A stretch of DNA of 64,000 bases from an uncultured Actinomycetota bacterium (GTDB lineage Bacteria > Actinomycetota > Actinomycetes > Actinomycetales > Dermatophilaceae), in assembly GCA_963826375.1 (NCBI GenBank), contig CAWGWN010000003.1, positions 64,352 through 128,351 of the forward strand, given 5' to 3'. Of the stretch, positions 1-11,040 are shown piece after piece. Below the pieces are notes generated by a model. That model was given only the letters and a program-made list of their open reading frames with translations. It did no database searches and had not been told where the DNA came from. Position numbers and translations under genes: made by a program. Position 1 is the first letter of the stretch, and every line of letters begins with the position of its first letter.

Positions 1-69
1 CTCTCCATGGCGCAGCACGACGACCCGTCGCGGCTCCTGCGCTCTCGCGCCAGCAGTGGCCGGGCTCAC
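1..69 (-). CDS. Histidine phosphatase family protein, 5' part only (runs off window)
   Basis: GTG at 69 overlaps the rsfS stop (GTGA); reads MSPATAGARAQEPRRVVVLRHGE with the RHG motif; usual neighbour of rsfS. Confidence 0.8.
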   Translation of the reverse strand, partial: MSPATAGARAQEPRRVVVLRHGE

Positions 70-434
70 GGGGCCGAGACGGACGCGAGGTCGACCTCCG
101 GGCAGTCCTTCCAGAGCCGCTCCAGCTGGTAGAACTCGCGCTCGTCGGCGTGCTGCACGTGCACGACGATGTCCCCGAAGTCGATGAGCACCCAGCGACC
201 CTCCCGCTGGCCTTCGCGGCGGATCGGCTTGCAGCCGAACTCACGCAGCTTGTCCTCGATCTCGTCGACGATCGCGGCGACCTGCCGCTCGTTGCTCGCC
301 GAGGCGATGACGAAGATGTCGGTGAGGGCGAGCTGGTCGCTGACGTCGATGGCCAGGACGTCCTGGGCGATCTTGTCCTCGGCGGCCAGGGCGGCCACCT
401 TGGCGAGCGTCAGGGCGCGGGATGTGGCGGGCAC
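66..434 (-). CDS. rsfS: Ribosome silencing factor (Iojap/RsfS)
   Basis: IFVIASASNERQVAAIVDEI...WVLIDFGDIVVHVQ...FYQLERLW; AGGAG RBS before GTG at 434. Confidence 0.95.
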   Translation of the reverse strand: MPATSRALTLAKVAALAAEDKIAQDVLAIDVSDQLALTDIFVIASASNERQVAAIVDEIEDKLREFGCKPIRREGQREGRWVLIDFGDIVVHVQHADEREFYQLERLWKDCPEVDLASVSAP

Positions 435-441
435 GGTTCTC

Positions 442-1053
442 CTAGGTGCGAGGGACTGCAAGCGCCGCGTTCGCGGCATACAGGCTGTACTTGTTGATGT
501 ACTGGACGACCCCGTCGGGGACGAGGTACCAGACCGGCTGACCCCCTGCCACCCGAGCCCGGCAGTCGCTCGAGCTGATCGCCATGGCGGGCACCTCGAG
601 CAGGTCGACCCCGCTGGTCGGCAGGCCGTCGGTGCTGAGCAGATGCCCGGGCCGGGTGACCCCGACGAAGTGGGCCAGGCCCCACAGCTCGTCGACGTCC
701 TTCCAGGTGAGGATCTGGGCCAGCGCGTCCGCACCGGTGATGAAGAACAGCTCGGCGTCAGGTCGCTCCGCATGCAGGTCGCGCAGGGTGTCCCCGGTGT
801 AGGTCTTGCCGGGCCGGTCGATGTCGACCCGGCTGACCGTGAAGTGCGGGTTGGACGCGGTCGCGATGACGGTCATCAGGTAGCGGTGCTCCGCCGGGCT
901 GACCTGCCGCCGCTCCTTCTGCCACGGCTCCCCGGTCGGCACGAAGACGACCTCGTCGAGGTCGAAGCGCGCCTGCACCTCGCTGGCCGCGACGAGGTGC
1001 CCGTGGTGGATGGGGTCGAACGTGCCGCCCATCACCCCGAGCCGCTCGCTCAG
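442..1053 (-). CDS. nadD: Nicotinate-nucleotide adenylyltransferase
   Basis: [17 protein letters not shown] and ISSS motifs; start uncertain (CTG at 1053 overlapping the upstream TGA, or a nearby GTG/ATG). Confidence 0.95.
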   Translation of the reverse strand: MSERLGVMGGTFDPIHHGHLVAASEVQARFDLDEVVFVPTGEPWQKERRQVSPAEHRYLMTVIATASNPHFTVSRVDIDRPGKTYTGDTLRDLHAERPDAELFFITGADALAQILTWKDVDELWGLAHFVGVTRPGHLLSTDGLPTSGVDLLEVPAMAISSSDCRARVAGGQPVWYLVPDGVVQYINKYSLYAANAALAVPRT

Positions 1054-1241
1054 GGGTGCCCCTGGCTGGCCGACTCGTGCCGGTCGCCGACCTTCTGGCC
1101 GCTGTTGCGGAAGGTCCACAGCACCCCGAGCCCGGCGAGGAACAGGCCGAAGGCGATCGCCGCGAAGGCGATGGGGGGCATCGGGAGCTGCCGTTGGGCC
1201 TCCTCGGCGCGGACGAGGACGGGCAGGACGCTGGCTGACAT
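1050..1241 (-). CDS. Small single-TM membrane protein (63 aa)
   Basis: Hydrophobic core [25 protein letters not shown]; TAGTCT -10 six nt before the ATG; stop overlaps the nadD start. Confidence 0.7.
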   Translation of the reverse strand: MSASVLPVLVRAEEAQRQLPMPPIAFAAIAFGLFLAGLGVLWTFRNSGQKVGDRHESASQGHP

Positions 1242-1250
1242 GAGCACAGA

Positions 1251-1817
1251 CTACCGCTCAGCAGGCGCCTGGTGTCCCACCGGGAGCGCCCGAGACGCCA
1301 CCTCGACCCAGCGATGCCCGACACTGGCCCAGGGCTCCTCGCCCGACGCGATCGCGACCGTGAGCTCTGCGCAGCTGCGCTCGGCGAGGGCGACGAGGTC
1401 GGGTGGGTAGCCATAGCGGACCTGGTGCTCGGCGAACTCGTGCTCGTCGTCCACGAGGACGCTGCCGTCCAGCGCCCGGTAGACGTCCAGGTCGAGGTCC
1501 ACCGCCCTGACCGTCGCGCCGTCCCAGTCCGGCCCGGTGGTCACGTCGACGTAGATGTCGCAGGCGTCGTGGCCAGGCCCGTTGAACCTCGCCATCCACG
1601 CCTGGCCGGCCGGGATGAGCATGGCCACGTCGGTCCGGCTGTCGAGCGCCATCCCCGGCCGGTGCATGTGGAACCCGCGCGGGGCGCCCAGCCAGTGGCC
1701 GTGCTCGTCGGCGCCGAGATACCGCAGGTCCAGCTCCCAGTGCGGGCGCTCGCCCCACTTGGTGAAGCGGACCGCCACGAGGTCCCCGACCGGGCAGGGA
1801 GGTGGGGGGTGCGACAT
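1251..1817 (-). CDS. DUF402 domain protein
   Basis: [10 protein letters not shown]...YVDVTT...VDLDLDV...VDDEHEF pattern; TACGTT -10 six nt before the ATG. Confidence 0.85.
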   Translation of the reverse strand: MSHPPPPCPVGDLVAVRFTKWGERPHWELDLRYLGADEHGHWLGAPRGFHMHRPGMALDSRTDVAMLIPAGQAWMARFNGPGHDACDIYVDVTTGPDWDGATVRAVDLDLDVYRALDGSVLVDDEHEFAEHQVRYGYPPDLVALAERSCAELTVAIASGEEPWASVGHRWVEVASRALPVGHQAPAER

Positions 1818-1901
1818 ACCGCCAACGTATCGGTAACGCTTCACATCCCGGGCATACCTCACGCACAGGAACCCCCTTCCGCACGCCGTACTCTGGATGG
1901 C

Positions 1902-3009
1902 ATGACCCCCGAGCTGTCCGTCGTCATCCCGATGTACAACGAGGAGGATGTGCTGCCCCTCCTGGTGGAGCGGCTGCGTCCGCTCCTCGACGGCATCGGG
2001 ACGACGTATGAGGTGCTCGCGGTCGACGACGGCAGCACCGACCTCACGGCGGCCCTCCTGCAGCGCCTGCACCGGGAGTGGGACCAGTTCCGGGTCGTCC
2101 GGCTGCGGGCCAACGCCGGGCACCAGGCGGCCATCTCGGCCGGCCTGCTCTGCGCCCAGGGCGACTACGTGATCACCATCGACGCCGACCTGCAGGACCC
2201 ACCCGAGGTCATCGCCGAGATGCTGGCCAAGGCCCGAGGCGAGGGCGTCGACGTCGTCTACGGCATCCGGAACGACCGCTCGAGCGACTCCGTCTTCAAG
2301 CGGGTCACCGCCCGCGGCTTCTACTCGCTGATCCGAGCGGATCTCCGGCACGACCGCCCTCAGCGACGCCGGCGACTTCCGCCTCATGTCACGGGCCACG
2401 GTGGACGCCGTCAACGAGCTGCCCGAGCACAACCGGGTGCTGCGCTTCATCGTGCCGGCACTCGGCTTCCCCTCGGACACCGTCGAGTACCGCCGCGACG
2501 AGCGTGCAGCAGGCGCCTCGAAGTACCCCTTCCTCAAGATGCTCAAGCTGTCTCTGGACTCGGTCACCGGCTTCTCGATGGCGCCACTGCGCCTGGCGAC
2601 GGTCCTCGGGATCGGTGGCGGGGTGCTCGCCCTGCTCCTCGGGCTCTACGCGATCGTCCTCGGCGCCAGCGGGCATACGGTCGCCGGCTGGACCTCCACG
2701 GTGCTCATCGTCTCCGCGGTCGGCGCCGCCCAGCTGCTCTGCCTCGGGCTGCTCGGGGAGTACATCGGACGGATGTACACCCAGATGCAGGGACGACCGA
2801 CCTACTTCATCGCCTACGACTCGCTGACCGCCGCGGTCGGCCGGCACGGGCCGACCGACACTCCCCTGCCGCCGCCGGACCCCCGGGCCCGGACGGTGGA
2901 GCAGGCCGCGGCCACCCCGGTCAAGGGGACGCCCGTCCAGCCGACCCCGGGCCCCGTGCGGTCAGCGACTCCCGAGCCGGCTCGCGTCAGCGACGTGGCC
3001 GGGCGGTGA
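1902..3009 (+). pseudogene. GT2 glycosyltransferase (GtrB/polyprenyl-phosphate glycosyltransferase type) split by a +1 frameshift near 2336-2341
   Basis: VVIPMYNEE, VDDGSTD and IDADLQDPPE in one frame; continues as ISGTTALSDAGDFRLMSR plus two TM helices in another frame; removing one G from gagcggatc restores the ORF; may be a sequencing error. Confidence 0.8.
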
Positions 3010-3682
3010 CGAGCAGGCTGACTCCGGGCAGCTGCTTCACCGGGAGGTAGCGTTCCGCGGTGATGAGCGCCCGCAGGCCGGTGTTGACCAGCGGGTGCAG
3101 GTCGTCGAGGTCGCTGCCCGAGGTCTGCCTGCGGCGCAGGGCGACCAGCGGTCGGAGCAGGACGTTCCAGGACGTCATCTCGGCAACGTCGAACCCGCCG
3201 CGGTGGAGCACGCTCGACAGCGTCTCGCGGGTGTAGCGGCGGACGTGGTCCACGGCCACGTCGTGCGCGGACCACAGCCGGGGGTCGGCCGGCACGGCGA
3301 TGAGGTAGGTGCCGTCCGGGCGCAGCAGGCGGCGCACCTCGCGGACCGCCAGCTCGTCGTCCTCGATGTGCTCGAGGATGTCGAAGGCCACGACGAGGTC
3401 GAGTGACCCGTCGGCCAGCGGGATCCGGGTGGCGTCGGCGCGCAGCGTCTGCAGGCCGCGCTCGTGCGCCACCTCAGCGCCCTCGATGCCGTACTCCAGG
3501 GCCACCGGGCGCCAGCCGAGGTCGCGCAGCACGCGGGTGTTGCCCCCGCCGGCCGCGCCGACGTCCAGCGCGTCACCGGGTTGCACCCCGCTCAGGGCCT
3601 TGGCCAGCAGGTGCCGCCGCTCGCGGTACCACCAATGGGTGTCCTCGAGCTCGGCCAGCTTGCGTACCTCGGTGCCTTCCAC
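2987..3682 (-). CDS. Class I SAM-dependent methyltransferase
   Basis: LEDTHWWY, LDVGAAGG, DILEHIEDD, WSAHD...HVRRY; family often found near glycosylation genes. Confidence 0.88.
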   Translation of the reverse strand: MEGTEVRKLAELEDTHWWYRERRHLLAKALSGVQPGDALDVGAAGGGNTRVLRDLGWRPVALEYGIEGAEVAHERGLQTLRADATRIPLADGSLDLVVAFDILEHIEDDELAVREVRRLLRPDGTYLIAVPADPRLWSAHDVAVDHVRRYTRETLSSVLHRGGFDVAEMTSWNVLLRPLVALRRRQTSGSDLDDLHPLVNTGLRALITAERYLPVKQLPGVSLLVTARPRR

Positions 3683-3721
3683 GGTCGGTCATCATGCCAG
3701 TGCGGAGGGCCACCGAACGAA

Positions 3722-5008
3722 TCAGGTGCGGATCTGCCCGTCGCCGTCGACGACCCACTTCGTCGTCGTCAGCTCCGGGAGCGCCATCGGCCCCCGGGCG
3801 TGCAGCTTCTGGGTGGAGATGCCGATCTCCGCCCCGAACCCGAACTCGCCGCCGTCGGTAAACCGGCTCGACGCGTTGACGACCACGACCGCCGCATCCA
3901 CCTCCGCGGTGAACCGGCGTGCGGCAGCGCGGTCCTCCGTGAGGATGACCTCGGTGTGCTGGCTCCCGTAGGTGCGGATGTGCTCGAGCGCCTCGTCGAG
4001 GCTGTCGACGGTTCGCACGCTCATCTCCAACGCGTTCCACTCGGTGGCGAAGTCGTCCTCGGTCGCCTCGGTGTATGCCGCACCGGCAGCCTCGGCGTGC
4101 ACGCCCACCTCCGGCGAGGTGTGCAGCCGCACCCCCGCCGCCCCGAGGTCGGCGAGGACCTTGGGCAGGAAGCCTGAGGCGACGTCCGTGTGGACGAGCA
4201 GGGACTCGGCGGCGTTGCAGACGCTCGGGCGGTGGGTCTTGGCGTTGAGGACCACGGCGAGCGCCTTGTCCAGGTCGGCGGCGCGGTCGACATACACGTG
4301 GTTGACCCCGACGCCCGTCTCGATGACCGGCACGGTCGACTCGGTGACGACGGTCCGGATCAGGTCGGCTCCCCCTCGCGGGATCACCAGGTCGACCAGG
4401 CCCCGGGCGGTCATCAGGGCGCGGGCCGCGTCATGGCCTCCGCCGTCGAGCAGGCTGATCGAGTCGGCGGAGATCCCCTGTCGCTCCAAGGACGTGCGCA
4501 TGATGGTCACCAGCGCCCGGTTGGTCGCGCCGGCGGCCGAGCCGCCCCGCAGGATCACGGCGTTGCCACTCTTGAGGGTGAGCGCCGCCGCGTCGACCGT
4601 CACGTTGGGCCGGGCCTCGTAGATCATCCCGACGACCCCCATCGGGACCCGCACCTGCCGGATCTCGAGGCCGTTCGCCAAGGTGGTGCCGCGGACGACC
4701 TCACCGACGGGGTCGGGGAGGGCGGCGATGTCCCGCACGGCCTGGGCGATCGCGGCGACCCGGGGCCCGTCCAGCAGCAGCCGGTCCAGCAGACCGTCGG
4801 CCAGCCCGCGCGCGCGACCGCGCTCCTGGTCCTCGCGGTTGGCCTCGAGGATCGCCTCCGTGCCCGCCTCGAGCGCGTCCGCGATGGCCAGGAGGGCGTC
4901 GTCCTTGGGGGTGCGGGACAGCAGGGCCAGCTGCCGGGCGGCGGCGCCGGCCCGGCGGGCGACGTCGCCGACCTGGGCGACGACGGTGGGGTCGATCTCG
5001 GTGGGCAT
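3722..5008 (-). CDS. proA: Gamma-glutamyl phosphate reductase
   Basis: [43 protein letters not shown]. Confidence 0.97.
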   Translation of the reverse strand: MPTEIDPTVVAQVGDVARRAGAAARQLALLSRTPKDDALLAIADALEAGTEAILEANREDQERGRARGLADGLLDRLLLDGPRVAAIAQAVRDIAALPDPVGEVVRGTTLANGLEIRQVRVPMGVVGMIYEARPNVTVDAAALTLKSGNAVILRGGSAAGATNRALVTIMRTSLERQGISADSISLLDGGGHDAARALMTARGLVDLVIPRGGADLIRTVVTESTVPVIETGVGVNHVYVDRAADLDKALAVVLNAKTHRPSVCNAAESLLVHTDVASGFLPKVLADLGAAGVRLHTSPEVGVHAEAAGAAYTEATEDDFATEWNALEMSVRTVDSLDEALEHIRTYGSQHTEVILTEDRAAARRFTAEVDAAVVVVNASSRFTDGGEFGFGAEIGISTQKLHARGPMALPELTTTKWVVDGDGQIRT

Positions 5009-5072
5009 ACCCTCAGGGTACGACGCGCGTGCCGACCAGCGGGCGCCTGTTCCGTCCCGTGGCCCGACTTAT

Positions 5073-5086
5073 ACAAGATCCCTTGT
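5073..5086. promoter_or_regulatory. Inverted repeat ACAAG-ATCC-CTTGT, candidate operator of the adjacent ArsR-like regulator
   Basis: Perfect 5-bp inverted repeat about 20 nt upstream of the TACCGT -10 (5106-5111). Confidence 0.5.
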
Positions 5087-5118
5087 GGATATCGCCGGCC
5101 GCTCCTACCGTCGGTCAC

Positions 5119-5763
5119 ATGCCCCGCCGCCCCGCCGTCGAACGTCACCGGGACTCCGCACCACCCTCGAGCGCCTCCCCGCCGGGAAGCCGGTCCCCTC
5201 TCCCCTCGGTCGAGGCCCTGGTCGCGATGTCCCACCCGCTGCGGCGTCGGCTGCTCGACGTCCTGCGGGTCGACGGCGCGGCGTCGGTGGGCATGCTCGC
5301 CGACCGGCTGGACGTCGCCGTGGGAAGCGTCAGCCACCACGTCAAGACCTTGCATGCCAACGGCTTCATCGAGCCCGCCCCTGACCTGGCACGCGACACC
5401 CGGGAGAGCTGGTGGCGCTCCATCCCGGTGCGGCTGAGCTGGTCGCGCCTGGACTACGCGGAGGGGACCAGCGGCCGCGAGGTCGCGGAGGTCGCCGAGC
5501 GGGTCAACGTCGAGCGTCACATCCAGCTGATCCGGACGAGCCTGGACCTGCGACGGAGGCAGGATCCCGAATGGGAGCGCGCCGCGATGATCAGCGACAC
5601 GCTCGTGCGAGCGACGCCGCAGCAGCTCGCCGACCTGTCAGCCGAGCTGGTCGCCGTGGTGGACGTCTGGCGCAGGCGCTGCGCCGACGAGGCCGAGGCC
5701 TCCTCGCCGAAGGACAGCGCCCCGGCGCTCATCGCGCTGTATGCCGTGCCGGTCCAGCCATGA
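5119..5763 (+). CDS. ArsR-like helix-turn-helix regulator
   Basis: HPLRRRLLDVL...LADRLDVAVGSVSHHVKTL...GFIE; TACCGT-N7-ATG supports the start at 5119. Confidence 0.85.
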   Translation: MPRRPAVERHRDSAPPSSASPPGSRSPLPSVEALVAMSHPLRRRLLDVLRVDGAASVGMLADRLDVAVGSVSHHVKTLHANGFIEPAPDLARDTRESWWRSIPVRLSWSRLDYAEGTSGREVAEVAERVNVERHIQLIRTSLDLRRRQDPEWERAAMISDTLVRATPQQLADLSAELVAVVDVWRRRCADEAEASSPKDSAPALIALYAVPVQP

Positions 5764-7016
5764 GCGACCAGAGCGCGACCGAGGTCGCCCCTGCCGTGCC
5801 GCCCCTGGCTCGGGACCGGGCGGTCCAGACCTGGGTTGGAGCGAGCTTCGTGTCGTTCGCCGGCGACAGCGTCTTCCTCATCGGCTTCGCCTGGGCCGCG
5901 GTCCACGAGGCGGCGCCGGCGCTGGCCGGCCTGCTCATCGGCATCGGCACCCTGCCCCAGGCTCTCGTCATGCTCTTCGGCGGTGCGCTGGCCGACCGGC
6001 TGGACACCCGTCGGATGGTGCTGTCGGCCAACGCCGTGCGGATCCTCGTGCTCGTCACGGGGGCGGTGGCGTGGCAGTCCGGCGCACCACGGGTCCCGCT
6101 CATGGTCGCGGTGGCCACCGCCTTCGGCATCACCGACGCGATCTACAACCCGGCCAACGCCACACTGCCCCGGCAGATGGTCAGGGCCGATGACCTGGGC
6201 CGCGTGTCGGGCATGTTCCAGGTCTCGCGGCGGCTGGCGACCTTCGCCGGTGCGGGAGTCGGCGGGTGGCTGGCCGGATCCTTCGGTCTCGGCGTCGCAA
6301 TGCTCGTCGACGCGGCCAGCTTCGCCGTCGTGGGCGTCGCGTTGGGCGTCGTCGTCCGGCCCCGGTTCCGGCTGCCGAGGACCCCGCCCGTCTCGATGCT
6401 GCTCGGCATCCGTGAGGGCCTGCGCTATGTCCACGGCGACGAGGTCGCCCGCACCTTCGTCATCGCGACGAGCGGCCTCAACCTCTTCATCGGTCCTGCA
6501 CTGGCCGTGGGGGTCGCTCTGCGAGTGTCCGAGTCAGGTTGGGGCGCAGGGACACTCGGCCTCGTCGAGGCCTGCGTCGGCGCCGGGGCCGCAGTCGGCG
6601 CGGCGGCGACCATCCGGTGGCGCCCGCACCGGGACGCCTACTGGGGCTTCGTCGCCCTGGTCCCTCAAGGACTGGCCATCGGCGGGCTCGGTGTGCCACA
6701 TCGCTCCGTCGTCGCGCTCTCGGCGGCCGTCATCGGCCTCACGGCCGGGATGGCGTCGGTCCTCATCGCCGGCGCCCTGCAGCGCAGTCTCGACCCGGCA
6801 TACCTCGGCCGCGCGTCGTCGATGATCCAGCTGGGCGACCTCACCCTCATGCCGGCGATGATGCCCCTGCTCGGATGGCTCGCCCACGCCACCTCGGTGA
6901 CGATGGCCTGTGCTGTCTTCGGCGGCGCCATGGTCCTGCTCGCCGGATGGGGTGCGAGCCGCCGCCCGCTGCGTATGCTGACGCGCACCTCGGCGCCGGA
7001 GCCCGTCCCGGCCTGA
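5760..7016 (+). CDS. MFS transporter (efflux type)
   Basis: About 12 hydrophobic segments, [11 protein letters not shown] motif A; ATGA overlap with the regulator. Confidence 0.9.
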   Translation: MSDQSATEVAPAVPPLARDRAVQTWVGASFVSFAGDSVFLIGFAWAAVHEAAPALAGLLIGIGTLPQALVMLFGGALADRLDTRRMVLSANAVRILVLVTGAVAWQSGAPRVPLMVAVATAFGITDAIYNPANATLPRQMVRADDLGRVSGMFQVSRRLATFAGAGVGGWLAGSFGLGVAMLVDAASFAVVGVALGVVVRPRFRLPRTPPVSMLLGIREGLRYVHGDEVARTFVIATSGLNLFIGPALAVGVALRVSESGWGAGTLGLVEACVGAGAAVGAAATIRWRPHRDAYWGFVALVPQGLAIGGLGVPHRSVVALSAAVIGLTAGMASVLIAGALQRSLDPAYLGRASSMIQLGDLTLMPAMMPLLGWLAHATSVTMACAVFGGAMVLLAGWGASRRPLRMLTRTSAPEPVPA

Positions 7017-7051
7017 CACACTGTGGCGCCGACTGGACAGGGGGCAGGGCA

Positions 7052-7663
7052 GTGAACGGTCTCTATGCACTCAAGCCGTGGTACTCCCGCCGGCTCGCCG
7101 TCGTCGTCGCGTCCGCCGTTCGCCGGGGCTGGTCGCCCGACCTGTTCACCGCCCTCGGGGTCCTCGCCGCTGCCGGTGCGGCCGCGACCATCTGGCGCGG
7201 CTGGTGGCTGCCCACCCTCGTCCTGCTCGGCGCCCGGCTCGCGGGTGCCAACCTCGACGGCGCCGTCGCCCGGGCCCGGGACGTCGCGCGCCCCTGGGGC
7301 TTCGTGCTCAACGAGATCGGCGACCGGACCAGCGACCTGCTCATGTATGCCGGGCTGGCGCTGCTGGCCGCCCGCGTCGGCGGCAGCTGGACCGACGGTG
7401 GGCTCCTCTGGGTGCTGGCCGCCGCGACGGCTGCCTCGCTGCCGACCTTCGCGTCACTGGCCGCCGCCGGCGCCGGCGGGACGCGACGCAACGGAGGGCC
7501 GCTGGGCAAGACCGAACGCTGCGCACTCGCGGTCGTCGCGGCCGGCGTCCCGGCATGGATCCCCGGGATCTGCGCCGTCATGGCGATCGGCTCGGTGCTG
7601 ACCGTCGCCGTGCGGCTGCACGGTGCGCACCGCGAGCTGGCCGAGACGGAAGGATGCGAGTGA
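7052..7663 (+). CDS. CDP-alcohol phosphatidyltransferase (YnbA-like)
   Basis: LYALKPWY N-terminus and ANLDGAVAR...[13 protein letters not shown] motif. Confidence 0.85.
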   Translation: MNGLYALKPWYSRRLAVVVASAVRRGWSPDLFTALGVLAAAGAAATIWRGWWLPTLVLLGARLAGANLDGAVARARDVARPWGFVLNEIGDRTSDLLMYAGLALLAARVGGSWTDGGLLWVLAAATAASLPTFASLAAAGAGGTRRNGGPLGKTERCALAVVAAGVPAWIPGICAVMAIGSVLTVAVRLHGAHRELAETEGCE

Positions 7664-8577
7664 ACGACACGCTGACCCAGCTATGGATCCGACTGCTCGG
7701 CGACGACCGGACCGGTCTGGTCCTCGACCTGCGCCTCGGGCCGGTCCACCTCCACGCCGAGGGGCGAGCGGTCTTCTTCATGTGGGTGACCGTCGGGCTG
7801 CTGAGCGTCGCGGGGATCGCTGTGGCCCTCTCACGCCAGGCCGAGCTGCGCCGCCGCTGGGTGACCTGGGCCCTCATCGCCCCCGTCGTCGGCATCCCGA
7901 TCTGGCTGGGTGCGGGGCCGACCGCCCTGCTCGCGGCGGCGCTGGCCGTCCAGGCGGTCCGCGAGTTCGCCCGGCTCGTCGACCTTCCGCGTCCGGAGCG
8001 CGCCATCCTCCTCGTCCTGGCCGTCGGCTACCCGGCTGCGGCCTGGCTCGCGCCCCAGGCGCTCGGGCTGGCCCCGGTCATCGCCCTGCTGTGCGCGGTG
8101 CCGGCGTTGCTCGCCGGTGACCTCGAGCACGGCATCCGGCGCGCCACCTTCACGGCGTTCGGCTCGGTGTGGCTCTGCTGGTCTCTGGCGCACCTGGTGA
8201 TCCTCTGGGACGACGCCTTCCTCGTCTGCTTCGCCGCCGCCGCGGCGGACGTGGCGGCCTGGTCCGGTGGCCGTGGCCTGCGCCGTCTCGGCTGGGCACG
8301 GCGGCCGCTGTCGCCGCTGTCGCCCAACAAGACCCTCGGCGGCCTGGTGGGCGCGCTCGTCGGGACCGTCGTCGTGCTGCTCCTGCTGGGCACGATCTCC
8401 CTCGGGCTGGTCGTCGCCGTCGCGGTCGGGGGGATCGCCGGTGACCTGCTGGAGTCGATGGTCAAGCGCCAGGCCGGCGTCAAGGACGCCGGGCGGTGGC
8501 TGCCGGGGTTCGGCGGCCTGCTGGACCGCGTCGACTCGCTGCTGCTGGTCCTACCCCTCGCCGCGGTGCTCGCGTGA
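7660..8577 (+). CDS. Phosphatidate cytidylyltransferase (YnbB/CdsA-like)
   Basis: [24 protein letters not shown] and GGLLDRVDS signatures. Confidence 0.9.
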   Translation: MNDTLTQLWIRLLGDDRTGLVLDLRLGPVHLHAEGRAVFFMWVTVGLLSVAGIAVALSRQAELRRRWVTWALIAPVVGIPIWLGAGPTALLAAALAVQAVREFARLVDLPRPERAILLVLAVGYPAAAWLAPQALGLAPVIALLCAVPALLAGDLEHGIRRATFTAFGSVWLCWSLAHLVILWDDAFLVCFAAAAADVAAWSGGRGLRRLGWARRPLSPLSPNKTLGGLVGALVGTVVVLLLLGTISLGLVVAVAVGGIAGDLLESMVKRQAGVKDAGRWLPGFGGLLDRVDSLLLVLPLAAVLA

Positions 8578-9809
8578 CGACGGGGAAGAGCCCCCGAGGC
8601 ACGCCGTCGTCCGGCGCCTCCCCGGTCGGGGCGATCCTGCGTCAGGGCCTCTGGCGTGCCGTCCTCAGTCTCACCGGTGGCCTGACCGTCACCGGTCCCC
8701 GGCCGCGCGGGGCGGCGATCCTCGTCGCGAACCACTCCTCCCACGCGGACACCGCGGCGCTGCTCGCGGCCATCCCCGGCCGCAGCAAGCCGGTCTTCGC
8801 CGCGGCCGCCGACTACTGGTTCGATCGACCGGTCCGCCGGCTGCTCGTCACCAGCCTCGCCGCCGCCGTGCCCGTCCACCGCGACGAGCAGGGCGCGTAT
8901 GCCGCCCTGCTCGCCGCCAGCGCCGAGGTGCTCGCCCGCGGCGGCATCGTCATCGTCTACCCCGAGGGGACCCGGACGACCACCGGCGAGGTGGGCGAGT
9001 TCCACCCGGGAGCGGTTCGCCTCGCCGACGACCTTGGCGTCGACCTCGTCCCCGCGGCGGTGCTCGGCACCCGGGACGTCCTGCCGAAGAACGGCCGCTT
9101 CCGGCCCGCGGCCGTGGAGGTGCGGTTCGGACCGCCGTTCGACTCCGAGGGGCTGGGCGCGGATCCGCATCGTGCTGCGGCGGCCTCGGACCGGCTGCGG
9201 CACACCGTGATCCGACTGCTCGGCACCGGAGAGCCGGCCGACCCCAGCTCCCCGCTCTGGGACCGCACCGTCCGTCGTGTCGACGGTCCGGCCGGGCTCC
9301 TCGGCGCCTTCGCCTGGGGCGCGGCGGAGGCGACCAGCTGGCCGGTGATCGCCGAGATGTATCTCGCCTTCTTCGCGGCGACGCGTCCTCGCCGTGTGCT
9401 GCCCTGCGCCGTGGCGCTCGCGGCGGGGTCGGTGACCGGAGTCGCCGTCAACGCCGCACTGAGCCGCCACGGCGTGACCCTCCCGGCGCCGTTGACCACA
9501 CGGCGGATGCGGGTCGCTGCGGCCGGACACCTGCGCGAAGGGGCATGGGGCATCCGCCGGCAGGCGTTCAGCGGCATACCCGTCAAGGTCTACGCCGCGC
9601 AGGCGGGCCGGATGGGTCTGCCGCTCGGCGAGCTGACCCTGGCCACCGCCGCTGCCCGGACCGCTCGGATCGTCGGCATGGGGGTGGCCGGCACCACCGC
9701 CGCCGCGCTCTTCCCGGCCACGGTGCGCAGGCGGTATGGCGCGTACCTGCTCGTCGCGGCGGCCGTCTGGGTCGTGGGTGAGCGCGCGGCCCTCCGGCGT
9801 TGGCGCTAG
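8574..9809 (+). CDS. Lysophospholipid acyltransferase (PlsC type) fused to a C-terminal DedA/YqaA-like membrane domain
   Basis: NHSSHAD (HxxxxD) and YPEGTR motifs; the C-terminal about 170 aa ([12 protein letters not shown]...[10 protein letters not shown]) is hydrophobic and DedA-like (inferred). Confidence 0.8.
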   Translation: MTTGKSPRGTPSSGASPVGAILRQGLWRAVLSLTGGLTVTGPRPRGAAILVANHSSHADTAALLAAIPGRSKPVFAAAADYWFDRPVRRLLVTSLAAAVPVHRDEQGAYAALLAASAEVLARGGIVIVYPEGTRTTTGEVGEFHPGAVRLADDLGVDLVPAAVLGTRDVLPKNGRFRPAAVEVRFGPPFDSEGLGADPHRAAAASDRLRHTVIRLLGTGEPADPSSPLWDRTVRRVDGPAGLLGAFAWGAAEATSWPVIAEMYLAFFAATRPRRVLPCAVALAAGSVTGVAVNAALSRHGVTLPAPLTTRRMRVAAAGHLREGAWGIRRQAFSGIPVKVYAAQAGRMGLPLGELTLATAAARTARIVGMGVAGTTAAALFPATVRRRYGAYLLVAAAVWVVGERAALRRWR

Positions 9810-9883
9810 CCGACTGCAGACACCGTCCTGGCGCTCATGGACAGGTCCACCGGCGCCACTGGAGCGCCCCTAGACTCGCCGTC

Positions 9884-10993
9884 GTGTCCAGGTCCGTGAT
9901 CGCTGCCGCGCGCCGTCTGGTGGTCAAGGTCGGGTCCTCGTCCCTGACCGGACCCGACGGACGCATCGACGCCGCCCACCTGCAGGCGCTGGTCGACGTC
10001 ATCGCGGCCCGACACCTGCGCGGCGATGCCGTGGTCCTCGTCTCGTCCGGAGCGATCGCCGCCGGGCTGGGTCCGCTGAACCTGCCGCGCCGTCCCCGCG
10101 ACCTGGCCACCCAGCAGGCTGCCGCGAGCGTCGGGCAGGGAGCCCTGGTCGCGGCATACCAGCAGGCGTTCGGTGTCCACGGGCTCACCGTCGGGCAGGT
10201 GCTGCTCACCGCCGACGACGTGACTCGGCGCTCCCACTACGCCAACGCCCGCCGCACCCTGGACCGCCTCATCGACCTCGGCATCGTGCCGGTCGTCAAC
10301 GAGAACGACACCGTCGCCACGCACGAGATCCGGTTCGGCGACAACGACCGGCTCGCCGCCCTCGTCGCGCACCTCGTCCACGCGGACGCGCTCGTCCTGC
10401 TCTCCGACGTCGACGGGCTCTATGACGGGCCGCCGTCTCGTCCCGGCACCTCGCGCATACCCGTTGTCGGGCACCCGGACGACCTGTCCGGCGTCGTGGT
10501 CAAGGGGTCGCGGTCGCTCGTCGGGACCGGAGGGATGTCCACCAAGATCGAGGCGGCCGCGATCGCCAACGCCGCCGGCATCACCGCGCTGGTCACCTCG
10601 GCCGGCCAGGCGCAGGCGGCGCTCGACGGCGACGAGGTCGGGACGCTCTTCCTGCCCACCGGGTCACGCCGGGCTTCGCGGTTGCTGTGGCTCGCCCATG
10701 CGACCACCGCCCGGGGTCGGGTCATCCTCGACGACGGCGCCGTGACGGCAGTCGTCGACCGGCGCACCTCGCTGCTGCCCGCGGGCATCACGGCCGTCGA
10801 GGGCCAGTTCAGCGACGGGGACCCGGTGGACCTCTGTGCCGCCGACGGCAGGGTGGTCGCCCGAGGGCTGGTGAACTACTCGTCCGACGAGCTGCCCGGA
10901 CTGCTCGGGCGCTCAACCAAGGACCTGGCCCGCGAGCTCGGCCCGCAGTACGAGCGGGAGGTCATCCACCGCGACGACCTCGTCCTGCTCTGA
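9884..10993 (+). CDS. proB: Glutamate 5-kinase with PUA domain
   Basis: VVKVGSSSL, VNENDTVA, FGDND, GTGGMSTKIEAA; TAGACT-N7-GTG. Confidence 0.97.
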   Translation: MSRSVIAAARRLVVKVGSSSLTGPDGRIDAAHLQALVDVIAARHLRGDAVVLVSSGAIAAGLGPLNLPRRPRDLATQQAAASVGQGALVAAYQQAFGVHGLTVGQVLLTADDVTRRSHYANARRTLDRLIDLGIVPVVNENDTVATHEIRFGDNDRLAALVAHLVHADALVLLSDVDGLYDGPPSRPGTSRIPVVGHPDDLSGVVVKGSRSLVGTGGMSTKIEAAAIANAAGITALVTSAGQAQAALDGDEVGTLFLPTGSRRASRLLWLAHATTARGRVILDDGAVTAVVDRRTSLLPAGITAVEGQFSDGDPVDLCAADGRVVARGLVNYSSDELPGLLGRSTKDLARELGPQYEREVIHRDDLVLL

Positions 10994-10994
10994 G

Positions 10995-11040
10995 CCGGAC
11001 ATCCCCGCCTGTCCGGACAGGTCTGGCCGCCGCGGCGGCC
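10995..11040. terminator. Two hairpins between the convergent proB and obgE
   Basis: CCGGACA-N8-TGTCCGG (10995-11016) and palindrome GGCCGCCGCGGCGGCC (11025-11040). Confidence 0.5.

Noticed and set aside
2330-2345. Phase variation of the GT2 gene
   Set aside because: The indel is in a GG dinucleotide, not a long homopolymer or microsatellite.
5412-10993. Extended N-termini given by the ORF track for the MFS, ynbA, ynbB, plsC and proB genes (likewise clpX, clpP, tig, pepN, aglA and acyl-CoA dehydrogenase)
   Set aside because: They overlap upstream genes; RBS, -10 spacing or stop-start overlaps support the shorter starts reported.
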